From: a virus
DNA length: 64,000 bases
Direction: 5' to 3' (one strand)
Virus record (IMG/VR): IMGVR_UViG_3300045988_080954
In this document: positions 44,618 through 53,692 of the stretch, in pieces
Layout: each line of letters starts with the position of its first letter
Numbering within the stretch: the stretch's first letter is position 1
Made by a program: the position numbers and the translations under genes
The notes under the pieces: generated by a model
Seen by the model: the letters and a program-made list of their open reading frames with translations, nothing else
Database searches by the model: none
What the model was told of the DNA's origin: nothing

Positions 44618-45451
44618 ATGAAATTAAAATGCGAAATATACAGAGACTCAATGCAAAATTACAAGAAATATGCAATTCCAAGAGCACAGCTCGTTATAGC
44701 TGATGTTCCGTATAATGTAGCGAATAATTTTTATGGGAGCAACCCTATGTGGTATGTAGGGGGGGATAATAAAAATGGCGAAAGTAAACTAGCGGGAAAA
44801 GCTGCCTTTAATTCAGATTTTAATTTTAACTTATATGAATACTTTCACTTTTGTTCAAGAATGTTAAAAAAAGAAGATACAACACCTGTACCAAGAGGAA
44901 GAAGTAGCAATTCTCCATGCATGATTGTATTTTGCTCGTTTGAACAAACACAAACATTGATTAAAGCTGCTGAAAAACATGGTTTTGTACATTATATCCC
45001 GCTTGTTTTCATAAAAAATTACAGCCCTCAAGTATTAAAGGCGAATATGCGTGTGGTTGGAGCTACGGAATACGCATTATTGTTTTACAGAGACAGGCTT
45101 CCTAAGTTTAGGAACGGCGTTCAGACTGACGAAAACGGAAAAACAATCAGAGGTACAGGGCACATGGTTTTTAACTGGTTCGATTGGGAGAAAGATGGAA
45201 AAGATATTCCTAAAATTCATCCGGCACAAAAGCCAGTAAAACTTTTAAAAAGATTGATTGAAACGTTTACTGATCCCGGAGATGTAGTAATAGACCCATG
45301 TTGCGGAAGTGGGACAACGTTAAGAGCTGCACATGAAATAGGAAGAAATGCTTTCGGCTTTGAAATTGATAGAAATTTCTTTAAGAGAGCAAAAGAAGAA
45401 ATGCTTGTTTTTGAGGAAAACAGTCAGATAAGCATAGAAGATTTTTTATAA
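44618..45451 (+). CDS. DNA methyltransferase (beta-class N4-C/N6-A type)
   Basis: 277 aa. It has IADVPYNV (DPPY-like motif IV) near the N-terminus and VIDPCCGSGTT (motif I) near the C-terminus. Confidence 0.8.
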   Translation: MKLKCEIYRDSMQNYKKYAIPRAQLVIADVPYNVANNFYGSNPMWYVGGDNKNGESKLAGKAAFNSDFNFNLYEYFHFCSRMLKKEDTTPVPRGRSSNSPCMIVFCSFEQTQTLIKAAEKHGFVHYIPLVFIKNYSPQVLKANMRVVGATEYALLFYRDRLPKFRNGVQTDENGKTIRGTGHMVFNWFDWEKDGKDIPKIHPAQKPVKLLKRLIETFTDPGDVVIDPCCGSGTTLRAAHEIGRNAFGFEIDRNFFKRAKEEMLVFEENSQISIEDFL

Positions 45452-45464
45452 AGGAATCGTAAAA

Positions 45465-45722
45465 ATGGATAATTTTAGACATCGGAAACATATGGAATGG
45501 AAGCAGAACCGCAAGGACATCTATTACTTCATCAGAAAATATGCGAAATATCATAAATCAACGCCGCCAACAAAGAAGATTTCCGAAGAACTTGATATCA
45601 GCGTTAGCGCAGTTCAAAGGCATCTGAGACAGTTTGAAGAAGATGGCCTGATTGCATTTAACGGAACTGGTTCGCACAGGACATACGAACTGATAGGAGT
45701 AAAGAAACATGAAACTGTATGA
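45465..45722 (+). CDS. winged-helix/HTH protein
   Basis: 85 aa containing ...KKISEELDISVSAVQRHLRQFEEDGLIAF. Confidence 0.45.
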   Translation: MDNFRHRKHMEWKQNRKDIYYFIRKYAKYHKSTPPTKKISEELDISVSAVQRHLRQFEEDGLIAFNGTGSHRTYELIGVKKHETV

Positions 45723-45966
45723 CGTATACGACGGTTCAAAGTATATCGGGGAGCTGACGCTTGCTGAAATATCAGAATTGACAGGAAGGACAAGAAGTCA
45801 GATATCGCAGGCAATCAGCGGGGCATATGACATTAACGGAAGATATGCGGTCATATATGATGGGCAGCAAACAATCGCATACTCAAACGAGAATGATCGC
45901 AGGATGTTGATGGAATTTGACATTCTGACTCAGAAGATAAGGAGGGCTGTTGGTTGGGAAAGTTAA
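45709..45966 (+). CDS. hypothetical (possible HTH) protein
   Basis: 85 aa containing ...LAEISELTGRTRSQISQAISG. Confidence 0.4.
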   Translation: MKLYDVYDGSKYIGELTLAEISELTGRTRSQISQAISGAYDINGRYAVIYDGQQTIAYSNENDRRMLMEFDILTQKIRRAVGWES

Positions 45967-46334
45967 AAATCAAGCAGAAAAAGAAAGCATTCATTCCGTA
46001 CACGAATCAGCAGGCTCATATGTTTGCGCAGTCTATCCAGAACTGCCAGAAAGAGTTAAAAGAGATGGAGTTGAAAGCCTTTGATGATGGGTTTGAGGAT
46101 GGAAAGAACTGGTCTGACGTGCTGAATTTTGTGATTTTGTTTTATGTAATGCACGAATTGCACGGATGGGGATGGAAACGTTACATGAAGTCCGTAAAAA
46201 GAATTAATAACTACATCAGTGATATCAATTCTGGAAAAACATCGTTGTCTGAAATGGTTGATAATCTGGAAAAGAAGCATCATATTCGGATTTGCGATGA
46301 TTATAAGGAGTTAATCAAGAGATATGGAGCGTAA
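45954..46334 (+). CDS. hypothetical protein
   Basis: 126 aa from a TTG start, overlapping the upstream gene. Confidence 0.35.
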   Translation: MGKLKIKQKKKAFIPYTNQQAHMFAQSIQNCQKELKEMELKAFDDGFEDGKNWSDVLNFVILFYVMHELHGWGWKRYMKSVKRINNYISDINSGKTSLSEMVDNLEKKHHIRICDDYKELIKRYGA

Positions 46335-46604
46335 AGCTGCACCGGTGATTTACATGCAGACTAACGGGCAGGTAGCATTCGAATAGGAGAAAGATGAAGT
46401 TTAAACATAGAAAGGAATAACACTTATCCTCGTGAAACGAGGTTCCGCCTAATCAGAATAGGTCGGATAAAATTTGATAAATGCTAGACTGGAATGCCTT
46501 GGTTCTCCTGCGTAGTGCAGAACAGACTAACGGTCAGAGATAATAACTCCCAAGGCTATAAAGCAGATTGTAAAATTGCCATACGGATATTTGTAGTATG
46601 GCGT

Positions 46605-47498
46605 GTGAAAGAATTAATTGAAAAATCCATAGATAGATTGAAACTGGCAAGTGATATTTCATTGAAACATTATAATAAACCACTTGTATGTGAGTATTCC
46701 GGCGGAAAAGATTCGGATGCGCTTCTGGAACTATTCAGAATGTCTGGAATCCCGTTCGAGGTTCATAATTCGCATACCACTGTTGATGCACCGCAGACAG
46801 TAAGGCATATCAAAAATGTGTTTTCTGAATTGACAGAAAAAGGTATTAAATGCGAGATCGACTATCATGTGCAGGAAAACAACAACCGTCTTACAATGTG
46901 GAATCTTATTCCCAGAAAGCTAATGCCACCTACCAGAATCGTTCGGTATTGCTGCTCAGAACTGAAAGAGGGCGGTAATCCAAACAGAATGATTGCAACA
47001 GGCGTTAGATGGGCTGAAAGCAGTAAGAGAAGCGTCAGAAGCCCATTTGAAGTATTAGGGCAGACGGCAAACAAAAGTATTGGCGTTTCTGACGAGAAAA
47101 TGCTTATCACAGACAATGGTGATACTCGAAGGTTGTTTGAAAATTGCCAGATGAAAGCAAAGACGGTAGTCAATCCAATCATTGATTGGACAGATCAGAA
47201 TATCTGGCAGTTCATTGGAGAGAAAGATATTCGGGTATGTGAACTGTATCAATGCGGATATGATCGGCTAGGTTGCTTAGGATGCCCGCTTGTATCAAAG
47301 AAGCAGAGAGAAAAAGAAATGTATGATTTTCCAAAGTACAAACGAGCCTACATACATTCTTTTGACAGAATGCTCCAGGAACGCCGCAGACGTGGAAAAG
47401 ATACGAAGTGGAGCTGTGGCGAAGAAGTCTATCTATGGTGGATGCAAGATAACAATGTAGTTGGTCAGATGGAATTATCTGATTTTATTGAATATTGA
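46605..47498 (+). CDS. PP-loop ATPase / PAPS-reductase-family protein
   Basis: It has the SGGKDS PP-loop (...CEYSGGKDSDALLEL...). The start is uncertain: GTG 46605 was chosen because homologues, as I recall them, begin near ...KELIEKSIDRL. The track start at 46494 has no SD. Confidence 0.65.
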   Translation: MKELIEKSIDRLKLASDISLKHYNKPLVCEYSGGKDSDALLELFRMSGIPFEVHNSHTTVDAPQTVRHIKNVFSELTEKGIKCEIDYHVQENNNRLTMWNLIPRKLMPPTRIVRYCCSELKEGGNPNRMIATGVRWAESSKRSVRSPFEVLGQTANKSIGVSDEKMLITDNGDTRRLFENCQMKAKTVVNPIIDWTDQNIWQFIGEKDIRVCELYQCGYDRLGCLGCPLVSKKQREKEMYDFPKYKRAYIHSFDRMLQERRRRGKDTKWSCGEEVYLWWMQDNNVVGQMELSDFIEY

Positions 47499-47560
47499 GA
47501 AATCATGGAGGACTGCACAATAGCGTGTCAGTTGCTTACATGGGGAAAGTGAGGATGACA

Positions 47561-47941
47561 ATGGGAAAATTAAACCCGATAAATAAAGATGATTTAAAAG
47601 TTGGAGATGTGGTTGGAATTGCAAGAAAAGTGTGGAGTGGATATGGAGTAGGGTTTAGACACGTCATGGTGTATCCGGCAAAGATCATTCGCATAACTCC
47701 TAAACGAACCAAAATTGAAACCGACATTGGAAAATACAATAAATATGAAGTGTTTTATAAATACGATTCCGATGCCATAAAAGAAAGTGAAATGGCGAAG
47801 GAGTTTAAAACAATCAAAAATGGTGTATATGTTATCGAAGACTTTAAGTCGAGACATGGGCTGACAGCAATCAAAGATGAAGATTTAGATACACTGTCAG
47901 AACATATCAATGCAGTTGCAGAAGTTTTGAAAAGATATTGA
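47561..47941 (+). CDS. hypothetical protein
   Basis: 126 aa from ATG 47561, preceded by AAAGTGAGGATGACA. Confidence 0.4.
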   Translation: MGKLNPINKDDLKVGDVVGIARKVWSGYGVGFRHVMVYPAKIIRITPKRTKIETDIGKYNKYEVFYKYDSDAIKESEMAKEFKTIKNGVYVIEDFKSRHGLTAIKDEDLDTLSEHINAVAEVLKRY

Positions 47942-47955
47942 AAGTGAGGATGAAA

Positions 47956-48180
47956 ATGAAAAATAATAATTACACTTCATTCTTTAAAACGAAACTAAAG
48001 AAAGTAGAGAGATATATTCGTTGCAGAAAATGTGGCGGAAACATGGAATGGATCGAATACTATCCACCACAAATCAAATGTCCGAAGTGCGGATATACGG
48101 TATATCCAAAACCTTATGAGCCAGATTGTATCAAGCTGTCAGAAGCATCGGAAGAATATTTGAATTATATGAGAAAGTGA
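47956..48180 (+). CDS. zinc-ribbon protein
   Basis: 74 aa from ATG 47956, preceded by AAAGTGAGGATGAAA. Contains CRKCGG...CPKCG. Confidence 0.4.
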   Translation: MKNNNYTSFFKTKLKKVERYIRCRKCGGNMEWIEYYPPQIKCPKCGYTVYPKPYEPDCIKLSEASEEYLNYMRK

Positions 48181-48189
48181 GAATTAGAA

Positions 48190-48768
48190 ATGAATATTGA
48201 TAAAGCAAAATTGAAATTAGGAATTTGGTACGAAGATGAGAATGGAAATGTGATTAATCAAAAAGAAGATTTAATGTGGGAAGCACCGGAAAAGGCAAGA
48301 ACGTATCATTCTTGTTTCCCACTGCAAATAACGGAAAGCATTTATGCGGTACATAGCAAATCTCAAAAGGAAACGTGCAAACACAAAAGAAAATATTGGA
48401 AAAAGGATACAGGTCTGATAAAGGGATTAAAAGGCCATATATGCACTAATTGTGGGTGTAGCCAAACAAGAAAGTGGTGGCAACCATGGGGAAGAAAATG
48501 GGATTATGGAACGGGTACTACGCCACTTATTGACTTACATACAAGTATTGGAGGCGGGAATCAAGATGTCATAATGGCAATGGTAAGCAGCGGAGATTAT
48601 ACACTACAGGAAGCACTCGTTGTTTTTTCTACGGCCTGTGAAAGATGTATGAATGTGCTTACATACAAGTATTTGAATGGAGCGGATGGATATGAAGAAT
48701 ATTCAGACGAGTGGAAAAAATGCAATACTGAATGCGATTTTTGTAAGATTAAGGAGGACACAAAATGA
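48190..48768 (+). CDS. Cys-rich hypothetical protein
   Basis: 192 aa, ending ...CKIKEDTK with an ATGA overlap. Confidence 0.4.
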   Translation: MNIDKAKLKLGIWYEDENGNVINQKEDLMWEAPEKARTYHSCFPLQITESIYAVHSKSQKETCKHKRKYWKKDTGLIKGLKGHICTNCGCSQTRKWWQPWGRKWDYGTGTTPLIDLHTSIGGGNQDVIMAMVSSGDYTLQEALVVFSTACERCMNVLTYKYLNGADGYEEYSDEWKKCNTECDFCKIKEDTK

Positions 48769-49052
48769 AATTCAAAAGTAATGCTAAGTATAACGAAGAA
48801 CCAAAAACTGGAAGTATTTTCGCCTTGAAATACAATTCTTTAAAAATCGTTATTCACAAATACGTTGGCTATGGAGATACGCTGTTCCTTAACTGTAACA
48901 CATTGGGTATTTACAACTACAATCTTGGAACAGAGGATTTTGAGGAAGCTGTCAGCAAAACGAAAGAAGTTGTCATGCGTGAAGTTAAGAAAATCAGAGA
49001 GGATTCATACAGATTCTGTTCAGACAACAATATTGAATTTGATAGATATTAG
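48765..49052 (+). CDS. hypothetical protein
   Basis: 95 aa with AAGGAGGAC upstream. Confidence 0.4.
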   Translation: MKFKSNAKYNEEPKTGSIFALKYNSLKIVIHKYVGYGDTLFLNCNTLGIYNYNLGTEDFEEAVSKTKEVVMREVKKIREDSYRFCSDNNIEFDRY

Positions 49053-49061
49053 GAGGACGTA

Positions 49062-49418
49062 ATGACAGAGCAGGAAAAGAAAGAACTTCTGGACGAAATT
49101 GAAAAGCGCATGGACGAGAAATACAAAGGTTGCCTTACCAGAGAAGACGTCGCAACCACATTAAAGACACCAAGAGAAAAGTGGTTCAAAGACGAGAACG
49201 GGAACGGAAGCCATTCTCTTATGACAGGAGCTTTCGATTCTTCTATTATCTCGTGGCAGGTCTGGGAAACAATCAGAAAGTTGACTTGTGTTATCTGCGG
49301 TAAGCAGTATGTTAGACAGCTTGCAAATGTAGAGAATGCAGATGAGGTTGCAGAGAAGCTTTGCCAGTTTGTCTATGATTTAAAGATGGGATTTAAAGAG
49401 CAGGAGGACGAAAAATGA
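49062..49418 (+). CDS. hypothetical protein
   Basis: 118 aa with AGGAGGAC upstream. Confidence 0.4.
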   Translation: MTEQEKKELLDEIEKRMDEKYKGCLTREDVATTLKTPREKWFKDENGNGSHSLMTGAFDSSIISWQVWETIRKLTCVICGKQYVRQLANVENADEVAEKLCQFVYDLKMGFKEQEDEK

Positions 49419-49576
49419 GTTATTGTAACGGAACTTGTGAGTATCTAAATGTCAGAAAACACAAATGCGAATTGACAGGAGAAAAACTCACATACATGAA
49501 ACAGAGTTGTGGAATCGAATATTCAGTGCATGAACACAGAGGATTCTGTGAGAAAGATAAGGAGGACGCAAAATGA
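49415..49576 (+). CDS. small Cys-rich protein
   Basis: 53 aa, MSYCNGTCEYLNVRKHKCELTGEKL..., with ATGA overlaps at both ends. Confidence 0.35.
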   Translation: MSYCNGTCEYLNVRKHKCELTGEKLTYMKQSCGIEYSVHEHRGFCEKDKEDAK

Positions 49577-49938
49577 AATTATATTTCTACATTTTGGACA
49601 GGAATGAAAAATTTAATCCAGAAACCAGAACATTTGAGAAGCCTGTTTTCAAAATAAGAGCTGAAGAATGCGAGGTAATCGAGAAACCAAAAACTTACAG
49701 AGCATTAACCAAGTTCCCAGAAGGACTTTATATTGGATACGTGAGTAAGGATAATATTGGAAAAATTCTTGATTCTTTAACAGAGTACATTGTGTTGAAA
49801 GAACCAAATTATCAGTTCGTAAAAGAAAAATTCTTAGAAAAATATAACATTGAAATCAGCAGACTCAAAAAAGCAATCGTTATGTACGAAAATAAGATAG
49901 CTGCGGTTGAGAATTACAAGGAGGACACAAAATGTTAA
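49573..49938 (+). CDS. hypothetical protein
   Basis: 121 aa with AAGGAGGAC upstream. Confidence 0.4.
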   Translation: MKLYFYILDRNEKFNPETRTFEKPVFKIRAEECEVIEKPKTYRALTKFPEGLYIGYVSKDNIGKILDSLTEYIVLKEPNYQFVKEKFLEKYNIEISRLKKAIVMYENKIAAVENYKEDTKC

Positions 49939-50171
49939 TCAGAAGTCAGGATAAAAGAATGATTGTAAATTTCGACAATATTTGCACAGTATCAGCCTTT
50001 CCTGAAAAGGATAGTGAGGATATCTATGTCGAAGATGGCACAGGCTCACTCATAGTCGGAAGATATTCCACCAAAGCAAAAGCCATGAAAGTACTGGATA
50101 TGATTCAGGAAGCCTATGTAAACGGGCATATTGATTATCAGATGCCAGATGATAGTGAGGTGGTTGTATGA
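49932..50171 (+). CDS. hypothetical protein
   Basis: 79 aa with AAGGAGGAC upstream. Confidence 0.4.
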   Translation: MLIRSQDKRMIVNFDNICTVSAFPEKDSEDIYVEDGTGSLIVGRYSTKAKAMKVLDMIQEAYVNGHIDYQMPDDSEVVV

Positions 50172-50472
50172 AGTACAGAAAGAAGCCAGTTGTAATTGAT
50201 GCAGTACAGTGGACTGGTACAAATAAGCGAGAAATATTTGATTTTCTAACAAATGGCAATTGTCCGGTGAGTATACGACATCTGATTTTCCGATTGTATC
50301 TGACAACTTCTACATCGACAAATGGAAGGTTCCAGGCGGTCTGGTTATTAAGACACTCGAGAGCGAACATCTGTCGAATATTGGTGATTATATCATCCGC
50401 GATGTTCACTGTGAATTTTATCCGTGCAAGCCAGATATATTCAGAGAAACTTATGAGGAGGTGGAAGCATGA
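50168..50472 (+). pseudogene. small conserved phage gene needing a -1 frame change near 50242-50262
   Basis: The frame-A N-terminus is [27 protein letters not shown]. The frame-B C-terminus is ...[45 protein letters not shown]. Together they resemble one ~100-aa phage protein I recognise. The frame-A continuation looks like noise. Confidence 0.45.
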
Positions 50473-50975
50473 ATAAGCTTGTATTGGACGCTACGTGCGG
50501 TTCAAGAATGATCTGGTTCAACAAAAATAATGAGTTAGCTGTTTTTGTGGATAAGCGTGAATTGGATTGCGAGGCAATATGGACGAGTGGAAGCGGGCAA
50601 GCTACAAGGTACTGCAACATTCACCCTGACGTTATGGCAGATTTTACGGATCTTCCGTTTGAGGACAACACTTTCTATCATGTTGTGTTTGACCCACCAC
50701 ATCTTATTCAGGGCGGAGATAATTCATGGATGGTAAAAAAATACGGGAAACTTAATAAGAATACATGGAAGCAGGTATTGCATGATGGCTTTTTTGAGTG
50801 TATGCGTGTATTAAAGCCCTATGGCACATTGATTTTTAAATGGAACGAAGTGCAAATTCCTGTAAAAGATGTAATTGCAGCTATCGGAGTAGAGCCGCTG
50901 TATGGTAATAGATCTGGCAAACAGGGAAAAACACACTGGATGGCATTCATAAAGACTGAGGAGATGGAAGTATGA
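50469..50975 (+). CDS. SAM-dependent (probably nucleic-acid) methyltransferase
   Basis: 168 aa with [11 protein letters not shown] (SAM-binding-like) followed by VVFDPPHL (DPPY-type motif). Confidence 0.55.
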   Translation: MNKLVLDATCGSRMIWFNKNNELAVFVDKRELDCEAIWTSGSGQATRYCNIHPDVMADFTDLPFEDNTFYHVVFDPPHLIQGGDNSWMVKKYGKLNKNTWKQVLHDGFFECMRVLKPYGTLIFKWNEVQIPVKDVIAAIGVEPLYGNRSGKQGKTHWMAFIKTEEMEV

Positions 50976-51073
50976 TTACATTCTTATTAGGACTTACACT
51001 TGGAATCATAGTCGGAGTGGTCGGTCTTGCATGCGTAGCGATCATGTACGACAAGCACCACTCAGACAAATAG
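50972..51073 (+). CDS. 33-aa single-TM peptide
   Basis: [33 protein letters not shown], with an ATGA overlap. Confidence 0.3.
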   Translation: MITFLLGLTLGIIVGVVGLACVAIMYDKHHSDK

Positions 51074-51086
51074 AAAGGAGAACGGT

Positions 51087-51401
51087 ATGCTGACAAGGAA
51101 TAAGAAGCTGAAAGATTACGGTATTCTGGCTGAAGACATTGAAAAACTGAATACGATGCTGAAAGACTTCCCGGCAGAGTACGGATACCTGCTTTCCAGT
51201 GCCGCCTTGTCAGCCTGCCCGAAAAACACGGTGATAGCGGATATGGTTATTGATAATATCCTACACCGGAAAAGTTACAGAAAAATCAGCAGAGAAAGAT
51301 ATATCCCGATGAACCCGAAAGACTTCTACGGATACAGGCGCAAGACCGTCGCTGTACTGTATGAGAGAATGCGGTTGTTGGGAGTGTGGGAGGATGAATA
51401 A
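51087..51401 (+). CDS. hypothetical protein
   Basis: 104 aa with AAAGGAG upstream. Confidence 0.4.
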   Translation: MLTRNKKLKDYGILAEDIEKLNTMLKDFPAEYGYLLSSAALSACPKNTVIADMVIDNILHRKSYRKISRERYIPMNPKDFYGYRRKTVAVLYERMRLLGVWEDE

Positions 51402-51647
51402 ATGCGTTTAATTGATGCAGACAAAATAATTGACTCTCTTGGAATTTCGGATATGGATTTTGCAATAGGTGCAGTTATTGACGAACAACCGACAGTTTTT
51501 GATGTAGATAAGGTTGTGGAGCAGTTGGAAACAAGAAAGACAAGAGCTGCTGCATTACAGAAGGAAAATATATCAGAGTATTTCGAGGGTGAAACTGATG
51601 CGTTTGAATTTGCAATCAAAATCGTGAAAGGTGGCGGAGTTGAATGA
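51402..51647 (+). CDS. hypothetical protein
   Basis: 81 aa with GGGAGGATG upstream. Confidence 0.4.
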   Translation: MRLIDADKIIDSLGISDMDFAIGAVIDEQPTVFDVDKVVEQLETRKTRAAALQKENISEYFEGETDAFEFAIKIVKGGGVE

Positions 51648-52066
51648 GAGAGATTCTTTTTAAGGCAAAGAGGATTGATAACGGCGAATGGGTTGAGGGA
51701 TATTACTTAAGAGATCAATATCACATAGGGGGAAAGGACATTATTTTTTATCGAAAGGATTCAGATCGGTTTACAGTATATACCAATATAATTGATATAG
51801 AAACCATCTGCCAGTTCACGGGACTGACCGACAAGAACGGGAATAAAATTTGGGAAAATGATATATTTCAATACACAGATGAAACAATGGTAACTCAAAA
51901 AGATTTAATCGAATATAACGAAACCCATGCGTCATTTGTACGACTTCGCAATACAGAGAAGTTAGGTTTGCAATACTTATGGATTGATGAAGCTACTTGT
52001 AATCATGGAGAGGTTATTGGAAATATCTTCGATAATCCAGAATTGTTACAGGAGGAACACAAATGA
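51644..52066 (+). CDS. YopX-family protein
   Basis: 140 aa. The N-terminus MREILFKAKRIDNGEWVEGYY and ...FTGLTDKNGNKIWENDI are typical of YopX. Confidence 0.7.
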   Translation: MREILFKAKRIDNGEWVEGYYLRDQYHIGGKDIIFYRKDSDRFTVYTNIIDIETICQFTGLTDKNGNKIWENDIFQYTDETMVTQKDLIEYNETHASFVRLRNTEKLGLQYLWIDEATCNHGEVIGNIFDNPELLQEEHK

Positions 52067-52305
52067 GTAGCGCAAGCGTAAGATTCGGAACAAAAGCGTA
52101 TGTATGTGCAAGGTACTTCCTTAGACCGGGAAAGTGCTTCAAATACATCGACCAGCGTGCCGAAGATACCACAGAACACGTCTATGAGGTCATAGCATTA
52201 TATCCTTATTGTGTATTGTTAAGAGATACAAGAAACGGAGTCAGAATTTGCCCGGGATATAACGTTTTGAGCCTGATGCTGAGAGGAAGTGAAGCGAGTG
52301 AGTAA
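52063..52305 (+). CDS. hypothetical protein
   Basis: 80 aa with an ATGA overlap and AGGAGGA upstream. Confidence 0.4.
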   Translation: MSSASVRFGTKAYVCARYFLRPGKCFKYIDQRAEDTTEHVYEVIALYPYCVLLRDTRNGVRICPGYNVLSLMLRGSEASE

Positions 52306-52449
52306 AGGCAAAGATATTTCTACTATGTTTACAAGAGAAGAAAACAAAAAGAACGGAAGACTTGGATATTGTCAGGCTACAAGAGAAAAAGACACTATCA
52401 TTAGCCCTTCGCAATATGGAGCATTCTTGCAGAAAAGAGGTAAGAGAAG

Positions 52450-52725
52450 ATGAGCAAGTCAGTATTAGTGATTGATACACCAGAGGACTGCGGAAAATGT
52501 AAATTTATAAGCGGATTTTGGTGCAGAGCAATGGATGATAGGAGAGTTTCAAACAATGATGTAATCCCTGGCTGGTGTCCATTGAAGCCATTGCCGGAGG
52601 AGAAAGAAGAGGAATATTGGAGAAGTAAACTTAGTCTTGCATGGATTCGAGGTTGGAACACTTGTATTAGCAAAATTACAGGAGGCGAAGCAGATGGAGA
52701 GATTAACAGATTATTCAGACGATGA
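52450..52725 (+). CDS. hypothetical Cys-containing protein
   Basis: 91 aa with AGAGGTAAGAG upstream. Confidence 0.35.
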   Translation: MSKSVLVIDTPEDCGKCKFISGFWCRAMDDRRVSNNDVIPGWCPLKPLPEEKEEEYWRSKLSLAWIRGWNTCISKITGGEADGEINRLFRR

Positions 52726-53125
52726 ATGCACATATATCATTGGCGTTGGGAATAAAACTTGCGAAGAATTTTGTAAATACGTAGTAGATGGATGCAGGAA
52801 TTGCTATATCCAACAAGCGTTTAAAAAACTTGCTGACTATGAAGACTTGGAAGACCAGGGCTTGCTTGTGAGATTGCCAGTTAATAAGAATAATGAAATA
52901 TATATCATATCTTCCAGATGGACAGTCTGCTCAGAATGCGGTTCAAGATTTGATGAATACAGTTGTAGTGGCTGCGAATACGAATGCGATAGTAAAAAAG
53001 AATATTATGTGTATCCAACTTATCTTTCGCTTATAGATGTAACCACTTATGCTAACCAATTTGGGAAAACAATATTTCTTACGTACGAAGAAGCTAAGAA
53101 GAAGCTGGAGGAGATGAAAAAATGA
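52694..53125 (+). CDS. Cys-rich hypothetical protein
   Basis: 143 aa from ATG 52694 with AGGAGG upstream. Confidence 0.4.
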   Translation: MERLTDYSDDECTYIIGVGNKTCEEFCKYVVDGCRNCYIQQAFKKLADYEDLEDQGLLVRLPVNKNNEIYIISSRWTVCSECGSRFDEYSCSGCEYECDSKKEYYVYPTYLSLIDVTTYANQFGKTIFLTYEEAKKKLEEMKK

Positions 53126-53322
53126 CAATCGGAAAAAGAATTAGAGAGGTGCGTTTGCAAAATGATATGTCTCTCAGAGATTTTGCAGAACTTATCGAAG
53201 TTACTGATACCGCAGTCATGGAATGGGAGAAAGGAATCAGCAATATTCCGTTTGTGTGTGCGATAGAGATTGCTGACCGATTCGATGTGAAATTAAATTG
53301 GTTAGCCGGATTGGAGGATTAA
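53122..53322 (+). CDS. XRE-type HTH protein
   Basis: 66 aa containing ...IREVRLQNDMSLRDFAELIEVTDTAVMEWEKG. Confidence 0.6.
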   Translation: MTIGKRIREVRLQNDMSLRDFAELIEVTDTAVMEWEKGISNIPFVCAIEIADRFDVKLNWLAGLED

Positions 53323-53323
53323 C

Positions 53324-53692
53324 ATGAAACCAGAAGAAGCATTAAAAGAATTAAGCTATGATGGCACAGCCTATGGTGGTAACTGTACTTACGAAGTTAG
53401 AATGGTTGCAGTTAAGGCATTAAAAAAGCAGATTCCAATGAAAGTTTTGTACGAAGATGTAGGATACGACCAATATCACGATGTTAATTTATATGCTTGC
53501 ATCTGTCCGTCATGTGGACTGCATATTATTGGTTTTTCGGATGACGATGTAGATTCTAAATGCAACAGCGATAACCCAGAAGATATGTTTCATTCCAGTA
53601 TGGTACATCATGCATATATTGGCATGAATAATTATTGTAACAGATGCGGGCAGAAATTAGATTGGAGTGGAAAAGATGGCGTACAGCATTGA
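53324..53692 (+). CDS. zinc-finger-like hypothetical protein
   Basis: 122 aa containing CPSCG...CNRCG. Confidence 0.4.
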   Translation: MKPEEALKELSYDGTAYGGNCTYEVRMVAVKALKKQIPMKVLYEDVGYDQYHDVNLYACICPSCGLHIIGFSDDDVDSKCNSDNPEDMFHSSMVHHAYIGMNNYCNRCGQKLDWSGKDGVQH

